Positions 1 to 6,420 of a stretch of DNA of 7,121 nt are shown here, in pieces (position 1 is the first letter of the stretch; the number at the start of each line of letters is the position of its first letter). Under the pieces are notes generated by a model, which worked only from the letters and a program-made list of their open reading frames with translations, did not search any database and was not told where the DNA came from. The position numbers and the translations under genes are program-made. The DNA lies in IMG/VR virus record IMGVR_UViG_2648501841_000011, positions 1 to 7,121 of that record; one strand, 5' to 3'. This DNA is from a virus. Lineage: Duplodnaviria; Heunggongvirae; Uroviricota; Caudoviricetes.

Positions 1-48
1 AAGCGGGTTAAGTGCGGGTGCGTTGAGGATGCCTGATTCATCAGAGGT

Positions 49-70
49 GGCGAGGGATTTCTCCCTCGCC
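49..70 (-). other. perfect 9-bp stem / 4-nt loop hairpin (GGCGAGGGA-tttc-TCCCTCGCC) just 3' of the hok stop; probable hok mRNA 3' structural element
   Basis: Inverted repeat read directly; a second small palindrome CTGA-ttca-TCAG sits at 33-44. No U-tract follows on the minus strand, so this is not a classical intrinsic terminator; hok mRNAs are known to carry structured 3' ends. Confidence 0.4.
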
Positions 71-77
71 GGGTCTC

Positions 78-233
78 TTACTCCTCAGGTTCGTAAGCTG
101 TGAAGACAGCGACCTCCGTCTGGCCGGTTCGGATTCGTACCTCGCAGAGGTCTTTCCTCGTTACCAGTGCCGTCACTATGACGGTTAAACAGATGACGAT
201 CAGGGCGATTAACATCGCCTTTTGCTGCTTCAT
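78..233 (-). CDS. hok: Hok/Gef-family type I toxin, 51-aa small membrane peptide (MKQQKAMLIALIVICLTVIVTALVTRKDLCEVRIRTGQTEVAVFTAYEPEE)
   Basis: ATG at 231-233 (minus) preceded by AAGGAGAAG SD; N-terminal hydrophobic helix followed by the conserved LVTRKDLCEV...GQTEVAVF core typical of Hok/Gef/RelF peptides; the flanking leader has hok-mRNA-like sequence blocks (GCUUGAGGCU-UCUGCCUC and UAGCCUCUUACGCGCC...AAGGAGAAG). From memory it is closest to HokD/RelF-type sequences, but no relBE genes lie upstream, so a specific paralogue is not assigned. Confidence 0.9.
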   Translation of the reverse strand: MKQQKAMLIALIVICLTVIVTALVTRKDLCEVRIRTGQTEVAVFTAYEPEE

Positions 234-290
234 AGCCTGCTTCTCCTTGCCTTTCGGCGCGTAAGAGGCTAACCTACATGTGTCTAGCAT
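78..290 (-). CDS. mok: mok-like reading frame: 70-codon in-frame N-terminal extension of hok (translational-coupling ORF)
   Basis: ORF track 78..290; ATG at 288-290 lies 57 nt upstream of and in frame with the hok ATG, the arrangement annotated for chromosomal mok/hok pairs. Whether it is translated is inferred, not shown. Confidence 0.45.
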   Translation of the reverse strand: MLDTCRLASYAPKGKEKQAMKQQKAMLIALIVICLTVIVTALVTRKDLCEVRIRTGQTEVAVFTAYEPEE

Positions 291-345
291 GAAATTGGCC
301 TCAGATTAATGTTAGGCGTCTTGCAGGACGCGTAATGTTAACTGG
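282..345 (+). ncRNA. sok: putative Sok-like antisense RNA overlapping the mok start and hok leader (boundaries approximate)
   Basis: Plus-strand promoter-like TTGCCT (247-252), 17-nt spacer, TAACCT (270-275) inside the mok frame, pointing antisense to the hok leader; small hairpin GCGTC-ttgcag-GACGC at 316-331. The position is that expected for Sok in hok/sok loci; ends not determinable from sequence. Confidence 0.3.
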
Positions 346-404
346 GGCTTTTCTCTATCTGCCGTTGGTGTTCATGCCCGAGGCAGATAGCCTCAAGCAC
401 CCGC

Positions 405-440
405 AGCTATTCTACTTAACTTCCCATTACCTCGCCAATA
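405..440 (-). promoter_or_regulatory. putative hok/mok promoter (minus strand): -35 TGGCGA (432-437), 17-nt spacer, -10 TAGAAT (409-414)
   Basis: Sigma70-like hexamers with 17-bp spacing, placed just upstream of the conserved hok-mRNA 5' block that begins near 400-403 on the minus strand. Confidence 0.3.
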
Positions 441-837
441 TGAAATCGGTCAGAAAGACAGACGTCCCATAAGGACAACAACGGAAAAAGAGATTTTGCT
501 TGATGCTATTTACCTCTGCACCATGAAGTTGCGCCAAAATCCCAGTGGTGATAACAGGAATTTGGTTGTTGGTGATTGGGGAAAGAAGTACGTTAGACTG
601 TGGGTTAGTTCATTGACATGATAGTTACCTGCCTTCAATTTCCTAAGCAAGCGATGTAAACGATAATCAATATCAAATGTATTGACAGGTAAAATAATAA
701 CGATGTACCTTTGCTGATAACATATATCAGTCTTAAATCATAATGGAGGTAGATAAAATAACTAAACACACACAACAAATTTTTTATCAGTGACATAGCA
801 TATCTTAAGCATCCTTTAATGCTCATGGGGAGAACGC

Positions 838-1611
838 ATGACTAAACATATGGACATTCATTGTCAAACACGCATATTTAACTCAATTAACCATGACACC
901 AAATATAAAATATGTATTTTTACTCCAAAAAACATTAAAAAAAATAATGCAACTCTTTATATACTTGATGGGAATAGTGCCAACAATTACATTTCTGATA
1001 TTCTGCCTGTTATTGATGCACTACCCAATCCACCAGTGTTAGTTACACTTGGTTATGAATCTTGGAATAACCTTAGCATTCATCGCCGTGCTTACGATTA
1101 TACTCCTGATGGTGAAAATGCTATTGTTGATAACTCTAAACCAGCATGGATCTACTTTACTGGTGGAGGAAGCCAGTCTTTCCGAGAATTATTACTAACT
1201 CAGATCATGCCATGGGTTAGTACTATTGCTCCGAACAGTTCCAGAATCGGTATATGGGGGCACTCGCTAGGTGCTATTTTTGTGCTTGATTGCTTAAAAA
1301 ATAATTCATGCTTTAACTATTATTATATATCTGCACCATCACTTCTATGGCAGAATGAAAGAATCATCAAGATAATTAAAGATGATATATCAGAATCAAA
1401 GCACACTAAAAGTATATGCTTGCTTAACGGAAATCTTAGCCTTGATTACTCCGCATCTTTATATCCTGAAGCCATCAAAGCGGAATCTGTTTTGAGAAAT
1501 ATTTTGACAGAAAAATACAGTAATTTTTCTATTGTACAATTTCCAGAGCTCAATCATCAGGAGACTTTCTCTGCTGCACTCTGGAATAGCATTATTCATT
1601 TCAGCATATAA
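838..1611 (+). CDS. putative esterase, alpha/beta-hydrolase fold, PF00756-like (Fes / IroE / esterase-D type); AT-rich cargo gene
   Basis: 257-aa ORF with GGGGAGA SD 4 nt before the ATG; motifs LYILDGN, YDYTPDG, FTGGGSQSFRELLLTQIMPWV and the nucleophile elbow G-H-S-L-G-A match the siderophore-esterase / esterase-D family layout; no N-terminal signal peptide evident; markedly AT-rich relative to flanking phage DNA. Confidence 0.8.
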   Translation: MTKHMDIHCQTRIFNSINHDTKYKICIFTPKNIKKNNATLYILDGNSANNYISDILPVIDALPNPPVLVTLGYESWNNLSIHRRAYDYTPDGENAIVDNSKPAWIYFTGGGSQSFRELLLTQIMPWVSTIAPNSSRIGIWGHSLGAIFVLDCLKNNSCFNYYYISAPSLLWQNERIIKIIKDDISESKHTKSICLLNGNLSLDYSASLYPEAIKAESVLRNILTEKYSNFSIVQFPELNHQETFSAALWNSIIHFSI

Positions 1612-1962
1612 CAGAAAATATGTAATCACTTTATCAATCTAGCTAACATAACTGATATCAATCCTAATGGGTCTTTGAACATATTAAAAGATAACTTCTC
1701 ATTTGTACATTGTTGTGTTCTTAGACCCATTTCAAAAATACTATTTTTTAGATACTAATAATTACATCCATTTAGCTATCTTCTAAATACTCCTCTCAGT
1801 TTCTTCATTGGAGCTGATTCAACTCCGGCAATGCATACTAGGATCATTTTATAAGCATACAAACAACATCCAGACTGTGAATTATTGCTATTCATTTTCT
1901 ATGTATCTGCTCTTTTCCCATCCACTGAAACACCAGAATCCAAAGGTTTCATGTTATTTTCA

Positions 1963-2376
1963 CTATTCCATCATTACTCCTGTGTAAAATATCAAAACTC
2001 GCTGCATCACTTCACTGTTACGGCACTCACTACAAATTATGTTCAATTGCCTGTCATAGCGGCGTATTTCTCCGTCTGGTAATGACCAGATAAGGTCAGG
2101 ATCAACCACAACCGGTTTCTTCAGTTTTGCCCTCGATAGTTTTTTGCGGGCGTTTTGCCAGTCCTTACGAGCCTGTTCAGATGGGAATAACCCGTAACCA
2201 GAGTTGTATACATCGCCACTGGCAACCAGCTCTCTGGCAAGAACGCTCATCAGATATCTTGTCGCACCTGTCTTGGCTTCCAGTTGCCGTAACGTCTCGC
2301 GCCCACTCCGGCGTACTAGCTCAACAACCTGCCCTTTAATTTTTTCCCGCTCTTCCTGTGTAAATACTTTTGCCAT
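1963..2376 (-). CDS. hypothetical phage protein (137 aa) with HTH-like N-terminal region; last gene of the minus-strand early operon in this window
   Basis: ATG at 2374-2376 (minus) with GGAGG SD 5 nt upstream; the ORF track's TTG start at 2391 is rejected; its SD overlaps the stop of the upstream gene (operon coupling). Function not recognised. Confidence 0.6.
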   Translation of the reverse strand: MAKVFTQEEREKIKGQVVELVRRSGRETLRQLEAKTGATRYLMSVLARELVASGDVYNSGYGLFPSEQARKDWQNARKKLSRAKLKKPVVVDPDLIWSLPDGEIRRYDRQLNIICSECRNSEVMQRVLIFYTGVMME

Positions 2377-2391
2377 AAGCGCCTCCGGCAA

Positions 2392-3257
2392 TCACTTTTC
2401 CGATACAACACGGCGGGAAGAATCAGTAATCTGTCGAACAATATCCCGGTGCTTGTTCAGCTCCCGCAGCGCGGCGCAGACTCGCTCCCACTTCTGAACA
2501 TCACTTTTCGCCCTGCGCAGCGCCAGGTTTGCCCTGCGAAGGGACGGAAAAATCAGCTCATCTGCTTGCGTTTCGGTAAACGATGGCAACGGCTGCACAA
2601 TGTCCGCCACAGTTTCTGTTTTAATTTCTTCCTGTGTTGCGGCTTCCCGGACTGGTAACGCAGCACCTGCTGGCTGAGGAAAGGCCTTACCATCATTTTT
2701 CGTTACCGGCGCGGCTTTCGGATCTGCTGGTAAATTACCCCCCGACATGCAGTAACGAAATTTACCGTTCTGATTAACGCGNNNNNNNNNNCTTTCCGTT
2801 ACCAGCGCGGCTTTCGGCTCTGCTGGTAAATTATCGCCCGGCATGCAGTAACGAAATTTACCGTTCTGATTAACGCGTGCCAGCCGCCCCGTTGCGGTTA
2901 CCACCGCCAGCGTGGAAGCAACCTTGCGAGTACTGACGCCGAACTTACCCGCCAGTTCCTCACACGTTTTAGCACCATCCTGACCGATAAACTCAACCAT
3001 CATGTCTGCGGTAACTTTTGGAGCGACCTCTTCGGTTACCACATCCGGCGCTTCAGGTTGTAGTGCCTGCCCTTCGGTTACCCCGGCTTCACCTTCGACA
3101 GCCAGAAACCAGGTGTGACCCGTTTTATCAACAACGCCATTTTTTTGAGTTCCCACAGTTCGTTAAGAACTTCTTCACGGCTGATATCAAGCCGCGCCGC
3201 CAGTTCAACAGAATTGGCTTTTCCCATCGCTTTCAGTGCATGCAATACAGTTTCCAT
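2392..3257 (-). CDS. phage protein with winged-helix-like N-terminus and an internal 32-aa tandem repeat; reading frame broken by a 1-nt frameshift at an A7 tract (plus-strand T7 at 3140-3146) and containing a 10-N gap (2782-2791)
   Basis: ATG at 3255-3257 (minus) with GAGGT SD encodes [39 protein letters not shown], then reaches the A7 run; that frame stops at 3078-3080 (59 codons), while the other frame (ORF track 2392..3156) continues [18 protein letters not shown]... for 249 codons. One extra A, or a -1 slip, would give about 288 aa. Position directly downstream of the dnaC-like gene. Confidence 0.6.
2686..2877. repeat. 96-bp tandem direct duplication (2 copies) inside the coding sequence; the first 10 nt of copy 2 are masked as N
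   Basis: 2697-2781 and 2793-2877 align at a 96-nt offset with a few mismatches, encoding twice the peptide [12 protein letters not shown](P/S)G(D/G)NLPA(E/D)PKAA(L/P)VT; N run at 2782-2791. Confidence 0.85.
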
Positions 3258-3282
3258 CGAAAATTTACCTCGTCAAAAATTC

Positions 3283-4023
3283 TCACATACCCTGACGTCC
3301 AACGTTTGACCGCCAGCTCTCCCAGTTAAAATTCACCCAACGACCACCATTCATGGTCATACGGTCCATCACCCGATCTCCGAGGAGTGTGCTCATCGCT
3401 GCGTGATTCAGGTTCGTCAGCATTCCGACACTACACATCGAAGCCGTTCTGCGGTCGACTATCTGGTTCAGCGTGACCTGCTCGTTGCGCGTATCCCGCT
3501 GCATGCCAATTTCATCAAGGACCAGAAGGTCAACTCCACAAAGCTCCTGTAAAAATTTTTCCCCGGACTGGCCGTTGTCGTAGCCGTCATGCAACACGCT
3601 CATGACATCGGACACGGTGACGATAATCACGCTTCTCCCCTTCGCCATCAGCCGATTGCCAATCGCTGCTGCCAGGTGATTTTTACCGGTACCAGGTTTA
3701 CCGCTGAACACGAAGTTTGTACATCCGGTCATCAATTCATCGGCAATGGATTTCGCCTGGCTCAGAGCATGGCGCTGACCGTCGTTCTGCACCCGGTAGT
3801 TCCCGAATGAGCACTTCCTGTGAAGCGGCTGGATGCCCGCACGGTTCAGGATTTTTTCAACCCGCACCTGATGATTCAGGCGGTTAATCTCCTCGCTGCG
3901 TTTTCGTCGTTCAGCAAGTTGCCATTCCCGCCACTCCTCCACCGTCCGGTACGGTGGAACCGCCCCCTGTGGTGCAAGTCTGCGAATACGTTCAAGAACC
4001 CCAACTGCCGCAATGTTTTTCAT
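3283..4023 (-). CDS. DnaC-like replicative helicase loader (IstB-like AAA+ ATPase)
   Basis: 246-aa ORF; Walker A GKPGTGKNHLAAAIG and Walker B LLVLDEIG; GGGGG SD upstream of the ATG; immediately follows the replication initiator gene, as in the ydaU-ydaV-type arrangement of Rac-like prophages. Confidence 0.9.
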   Translation of the reverse strand: MKNIAAVGVLERIRRLAPQGAVPPYRTVEEWREWQLAERRKRSEEINRLNHQVRVEKILNRAGIQPLHRKCSFGNYRVQNDGQRHALSQAKSIADELMTGCTNFVFSGKPGTGKNHLAAAIGNRLMAKGRSVIIVTVSDVMSVLHDGYDNGQSGEKFLQELCGVDLLVLDEIGMQRDTRNEQVTLNQIVDRRTASMCSVGMLTNLNHAAMSTLLGDRVMDRMTMNGGRWVNFNWESWRSNVGRQGM

Positions 4024-4029
4024 GACACG

Positions 4030-4992
4030 TCACCCCCTGAATCCCGGCGGTATTTCAGTGTCCGGTTCAGAAATGTGATTCACGCAACGCTGCGCGGGCG
4101 AACGCCCCAGGCGGATAACCAGTTCATCCCATTTTTCCCGGAGTTTTGCCGGACTCATGATGTTTTTTACCCAGAACGAATCCCGCTGGAGACGCCCAAA
4201 CATTTCACAAATTTGTCTGTGAGTTCTGCCATCCAGCATCCGCATTGTCCGCACGTCATTGGCCCATGCAGTCCAGTTGGGTTCTTTCGGTCTCGTGATC
4301 TCGCCATCATCGCTGGCCGCCTGCTCGTAAAGACTCACGATTCGTCCCCAGATCCACTGTGCGCACACCAAATCTTCCTGACTTCCCCACTGGCGTTTTT
4401 TCGCACTGAACACAACCGCGTCAGGGTGTCGGGTTAAAAAATTCTGTTCAGCCGTCTGCGGGTCCGGTTGCGAAGCGTCCGGACAAGAAGATCTTTTATC
4501 TGACGGATCAGGTTTTAATACTGACGGATCGGGGTCAATCATCGCCCCCCTAATCGGCAGTTTGTTATCAACAGTTGATCCATCAAAATTTGACGGGTCA
4601 ACCGTTGAGGGGGCAATATTTGACGGGTCAACTGTTAACGGGTCATTTTTTGCCGGGCTAATTTTTCTTTTCGGTTTATATGACTCACGCGCCGCCGCAG
4701 CAGCTGCTTCGAGTTTTTCCACATTAAGCCGATAGATATTGCTTACATTACGCCCACCGACCTTACGCTCTTCCTTCGTCAGCCAGCCCTCTTTCGCCAG
4801 TTCTGCAATAGCCGATTTCACTGTGGATTCACTTCTTGCACCGATCTGACGCCGGATAGTTTCAATGGCAGGCCATGACACGCCCTCGTCATTGCTGTAG
4901 TCTGCAAGACGGGCCATAACCGCCACCCTGGATAAGATCATGCCGGTGAAGGCGCACCCTTCCCAGACAAGACCATGAAGCTTGCTGCTCAT
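4030..4992 (-). CDS. phage replication initiation protein (lambda O-like role): N-terminal winged-helix DNA-binding domain, low-complexity linker, C-terminal domain
   Basis: ATG at 4990-4992 (minus) with GGGGG SD; the ORF track's GTG at 5007 is rejected. N-terminus ...LSRVAVMARLADYSNDEGVSWPAIETIRRQIGARSESTVKSAIAELAKEGWL is typical of HTH-type replication initiators; gene order cro-like / cII-like / initiator / DnaC-like. Confidence 0.85.
   Translation of the reverse strand: MSSKLHGLVWEGCAFTGMILSRVAVMARLADYSNDEGVSWPAIETIRRQIGARSESTVKSAIAELAKEGWLTKEERKVGGRNVSNIYRLNVEKLEAAAAAARESYKPKRKISPAKNDPLTVDPSNIAPSTVDPSNFDGSTVDNKLPIRGAMIDPDPSVLKPDPSDKRSSCPDASQPDPQTAEQNFLTRHPDAVVFSAKKRQWGSQEDLVCAQWIWGRIVSLYEQAASDDGEITRPKEPNWTAWANDVRTMRMLDGRTHRQICEMFGRLQRDSFWVKNIMSPAKLREKWDELVIRLGRSPAQRCVNHISEPDTEIPPGFRG
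4495..4690. repeat. putative origin of replication: iteron-like repeats inside the initiator gene (TGACGG(A/G)TC x4; palindromic TCAACnGTTGA-type sites x3 at exact 30-bp spacing) next to an AT-rich stretch
   Basis: TGACGGATC at 4501 and 4522, TGACGGGTC at 4591 and 4621; TCAACAGTTGA 4568-4578, TCAACCGTTGA 4598-4608, TCAACTGTTAA 4628-4638; T-rich run 4644-4680. They encode the repetitive linker (VDPSN...STVDPSN...) of the initiator, like lambda ori lying within gene O. Confidence 0.45.
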
Positions 4993-5014
4993 AAAACCCC
5001 CGAACACCGTGCTT

Positions 5015-5440
5015 TTAGTGCATCACCACAGCATTCCCTGCCGGGCCGCCGCGATTCATCTGGTCATACAAAACAACCGCTGACGCAACAAAATCATCGA
5101 CATCCTTCACCAGCCGATCCCTCCGTTCGACGATCTCACGGTAATATTCAGAACTGTGGCTGCGCATACGGGCCACCAGCAAAGGCGGCATCGCCTTTTC
5201 GATCGCCGGTAACAGAGCCTGCATTTTTTCAACAGCATCAGGGGTGTCTTTATCCAGCCAACGGAAAATTTTCTGGGTATTACGGGCCAGGGCTTCCGGA
5301 TGGCTGTCGTCATACAGTTCCGGGAACGTCATTCCCAGCTCGAAATACGCTTTGGTAATTTTCGCAGCCGGTACTTTTTCGCCGTCCGGATGCGCCCAGA
5401 CATTCATCGCCATGCGGATGTGTTCATGCTTGATTTTCAT
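5015..5440 (-). CDS. ydaT: YdaT-like protein (reported from memory as a CII-like regulator partner of YdaS in Rac / CP-933P-type prophages)
   Basis: 141-aa ORF beginning MKIKHEHI...; its ATG overlaps the stop of the upstream cro-like gene (ATGA overlap at 5437-5440); position second in the early-right operon. Family assignment by recollection of YdaT sequences, not by search. Confidence 0.7.
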   Translation of the reverse strand: MKIKHEHIRMAMNVWAHPDGEKVPAAKITKAYFELGMTFPELYDDSHPEALARNTQKIFRWLDKDTPDAVEKMQALLPAIEKAMPPLLVARMRSHSSEYYREIVERRDRLVKDVDDFVASAVVLYDQMNRGGPAGNAVVMH

Positions 5441-5739
5441 GAATCAACTCCATCAGATAAGCATGCACTACAATCACCTTCAGCATGAACTACATGTGTT
5501 TGCCCCAAACGAATGCCGCTCGCATACTCAGGCCAAATAAGCTCCCAATCATGGGGTCGTAGCTCCGCCCTACTTACTTGGCCTTCCGTCGCAGATTCGA
5601 TCATAAGGGCGCGGGTTGGAGATATAGCTGTTCGTCCAGACGCCATTTGCGATAAGTAAGATGGCGATACACCAAGTCTGGCCGCGAATTTCTTAGCATC
5701 ACCAACCCTTAATGATTTAATAAACTCTTTTAATGTCAT
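5437..5739 (-). CDS. ydaS: Cro-like HTH regulator of the YdaS family
   Basis: 100-aa ORF with GAGGAAGG SD; HTH segment FAARLGVSPSYLSQMASGRTAISPTRALMIESATEGQVSRAELRPHDW matches the YdaS-type signature (LGVS...G.R.I...RA..IE.AT.G.V.R.ELRP.DW); divergent from the repressor gene. Confidence 0.85.
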   Translation of the reverse strand: MTLKEFIKSLRVGDAKKFAARLGVSPSYLSQMASGRTAISPTRALMIESATEGQVSRAELRPHDWELIWPEYASGIRLGQTHVVHAEGDCSACLSDGVDS

Positions 5740-5836
5740 ACCTTCCTCGGTTTAGTGTTTTTTTGCGAGTTTAGTGTTTAATAAACCATTAAGTCAAGTA
5801 TTTGCTTGTTTAGTGATTACTAAAGATAATTACCAC
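5740..5836. promoter_or_regulatory. divergent promoter/operator region between cro-like and cI-like genes with three GTTTAGTG(T/A)TT repeats
   Basis: GTTTAGTGTTT at 5750-5760 and 5769-5779, GTTTAGTGATT at 5808-5818 (the last within the palindrome TTTAGT-gatt-ACTAAA, 5809-5824); plus-strand TTGCTT (5802-5807), 17-nt spacer, GATAAT (5825-5830) ends 6 nt before the paaR2 ATG. Confidence 0.6.
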
Positions 5837-6208
5837 ATGCAAAAAAAAGAAATTCGCCGTTTACGTCTCAAGGAGTGGTTTAAAGATAAAACTCTGCCAC
5901 CCAAAGAGAAGAGCTACCTATCTCAACTAATGAGTGGGAGAGCCTCGTTTGGAGAAAAGGCTGCCAGAAGAATAGAGCAAACATACGGGATGCCGGAAGG
6001 GTATCTGGATGCGGAATACGCAGAACAACCGGGGGGTTCTCCACCACATGCAGGGTTAACGTCTAATCAACTGGAATTATTGCAGATTTTTTCAGCCTTC
6101 CCTGAGGATGAGCAACGCCAGATAATCAGCGAGTTAAAGCAGAAAAAAGAATCAATGGAAGATCTCATAGCGAGATGGATTGCGGCGCAAAAATGCCGCC
6201 GCGCCTGA
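5837..6208 (+). CDS. paaR2: PaaR2-like HTH transcriptional regulator in the CI-repressor position; first gene of the paaR2-paaA2-parE2 module
   Basis: 123 codons from ATG 5837; N-terminal CI/Cro-type HTH (EKSYLSQLMSGRASFGEKAARRIEQTYGMPEGYLD); the ORF track's GTG start at 5774 lies inside an operator repeat and is rejected; the -10 element abuts the ATG, suggesting a leaderless transcript. Confidence 0.8.
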   Translation: MQKKEIRRLRLKEWFKDKTLPPKEKSYLSQLMSGRASFGEKAARRIEQTYGMPEGYLDAEYAEQPGGSPPHAGLTSNQLELLQIFSAFPEDEQRQIISELKQKKESMEDLIARWIAAQKCRRA

Positions 6209-6228
6209 GTTATAAAACCGGAGGAAAC

Positions 6229-6420
6229 ATGAATAGAGCCCTTTCACCAATGGTTTCTGAATTTGAAACCATTGAACAAGAAAACAGTTACAACGAATGG
6301 CTGCGTGCGAAAGTAGCAACGAGCCTTGCAGATCCGCGCCCAGCAATTCCCCATGACGAAGTTGAGCGCAGAATGGCAGAACGCTTTGCTAAGATGCGCA
6401 AGGAACGGAGCAAGCAGTAA
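6229..6420 (+). CDS. paaA2: PaaA2 antitoxin (63 aa), partner of ParE2
   Basis: ATG at 6229 with GGAGG SD 5 nt upstream; peptide MNRALSPMVSEFETIEQENSYNEWLRAKV... recognised from memory as PaaA2; its stop (6418-6420) is 1 nt from the parE2 ATG. The ORF track's upstream ATG at 6175 lies inside paaR2 and is rejected. Confidence 0.8.
   Translation: MNRALSPMVSEFETIEQENSYNEWLRAKVATSLADPRPAIPHDEVERRMAERFAKMRKERSKQ

Noticed and set aside
420-640. Possible gene remnant or small ORFs (e.g. a 33-codon frame from about 522) between the hok promoter and the AT-rich island
   Set aside because: Only short frames without start signals; it cannot be told from unstructured spacer by inspection.
635-826. 63-aa minus-strand ORF in the AT-rich spacer upstream of the esterase gene
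   Set aside because: Low-complexity Ile/Leu/Tyr-rich translation typical of random ORFs in AT-rich DNA; no recognisable ribosome-binding site or domain; it overlaps the likely esterase promoter region.
1885-2082. 65-aa plus-strand ORF
   Set aside because: Overlaps the 3' end of the better-supported minus-strand gene 1963..2376 on the opposite strand and starts in AT-rich spacer; no motif support.
2686-2877. CRISPR array
   Set aside because: Only two long (96-bp) direct copies, both in frame inside a protein-coding gene, with no spacer alternation; this is a coding tandem duplication.
2127-3329. Plus-strand ORFs 2127..2339, 2204..2497, 2449..2658, 3018..3329, 3115..3309
   Set aside because: All lie antisense to, or overlap, the minus-strand phage genes that have clear start contexts and domain signatures; their translations are Arg/Ser/Pro-rich, as expected for the reverse strand of GC-rich coding DNA.
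3589-5540. Plus-strand ORFs 3589..3810, 3820..4437, 4975..5358, 5244..5540, 5300..5488 and minus-strand ORF 5107..5313
   Set aside because: Shadow ORFs inside the DnaC-like, initiator and ydaT-like genes; no independent start signals; 5107..5313 is an alternative frame within ydaT.
5774-5836. GTG start at 5774 giving a 144-aa form of the repressor
   Set aside because: The GTG lies inside the second operator repeat and the extra 21 residues (MFNKPLSQVFACLVITKDNYH) read as translated regulatory DNA; the ATG at 5837 directly follows a -10 element.
6152-6346. 64-aa minus-strand ORF spanning the paaR2/paaA2 junction
   Set aside because: Antisense to two well-supported, tightly coupled genes; no start context.
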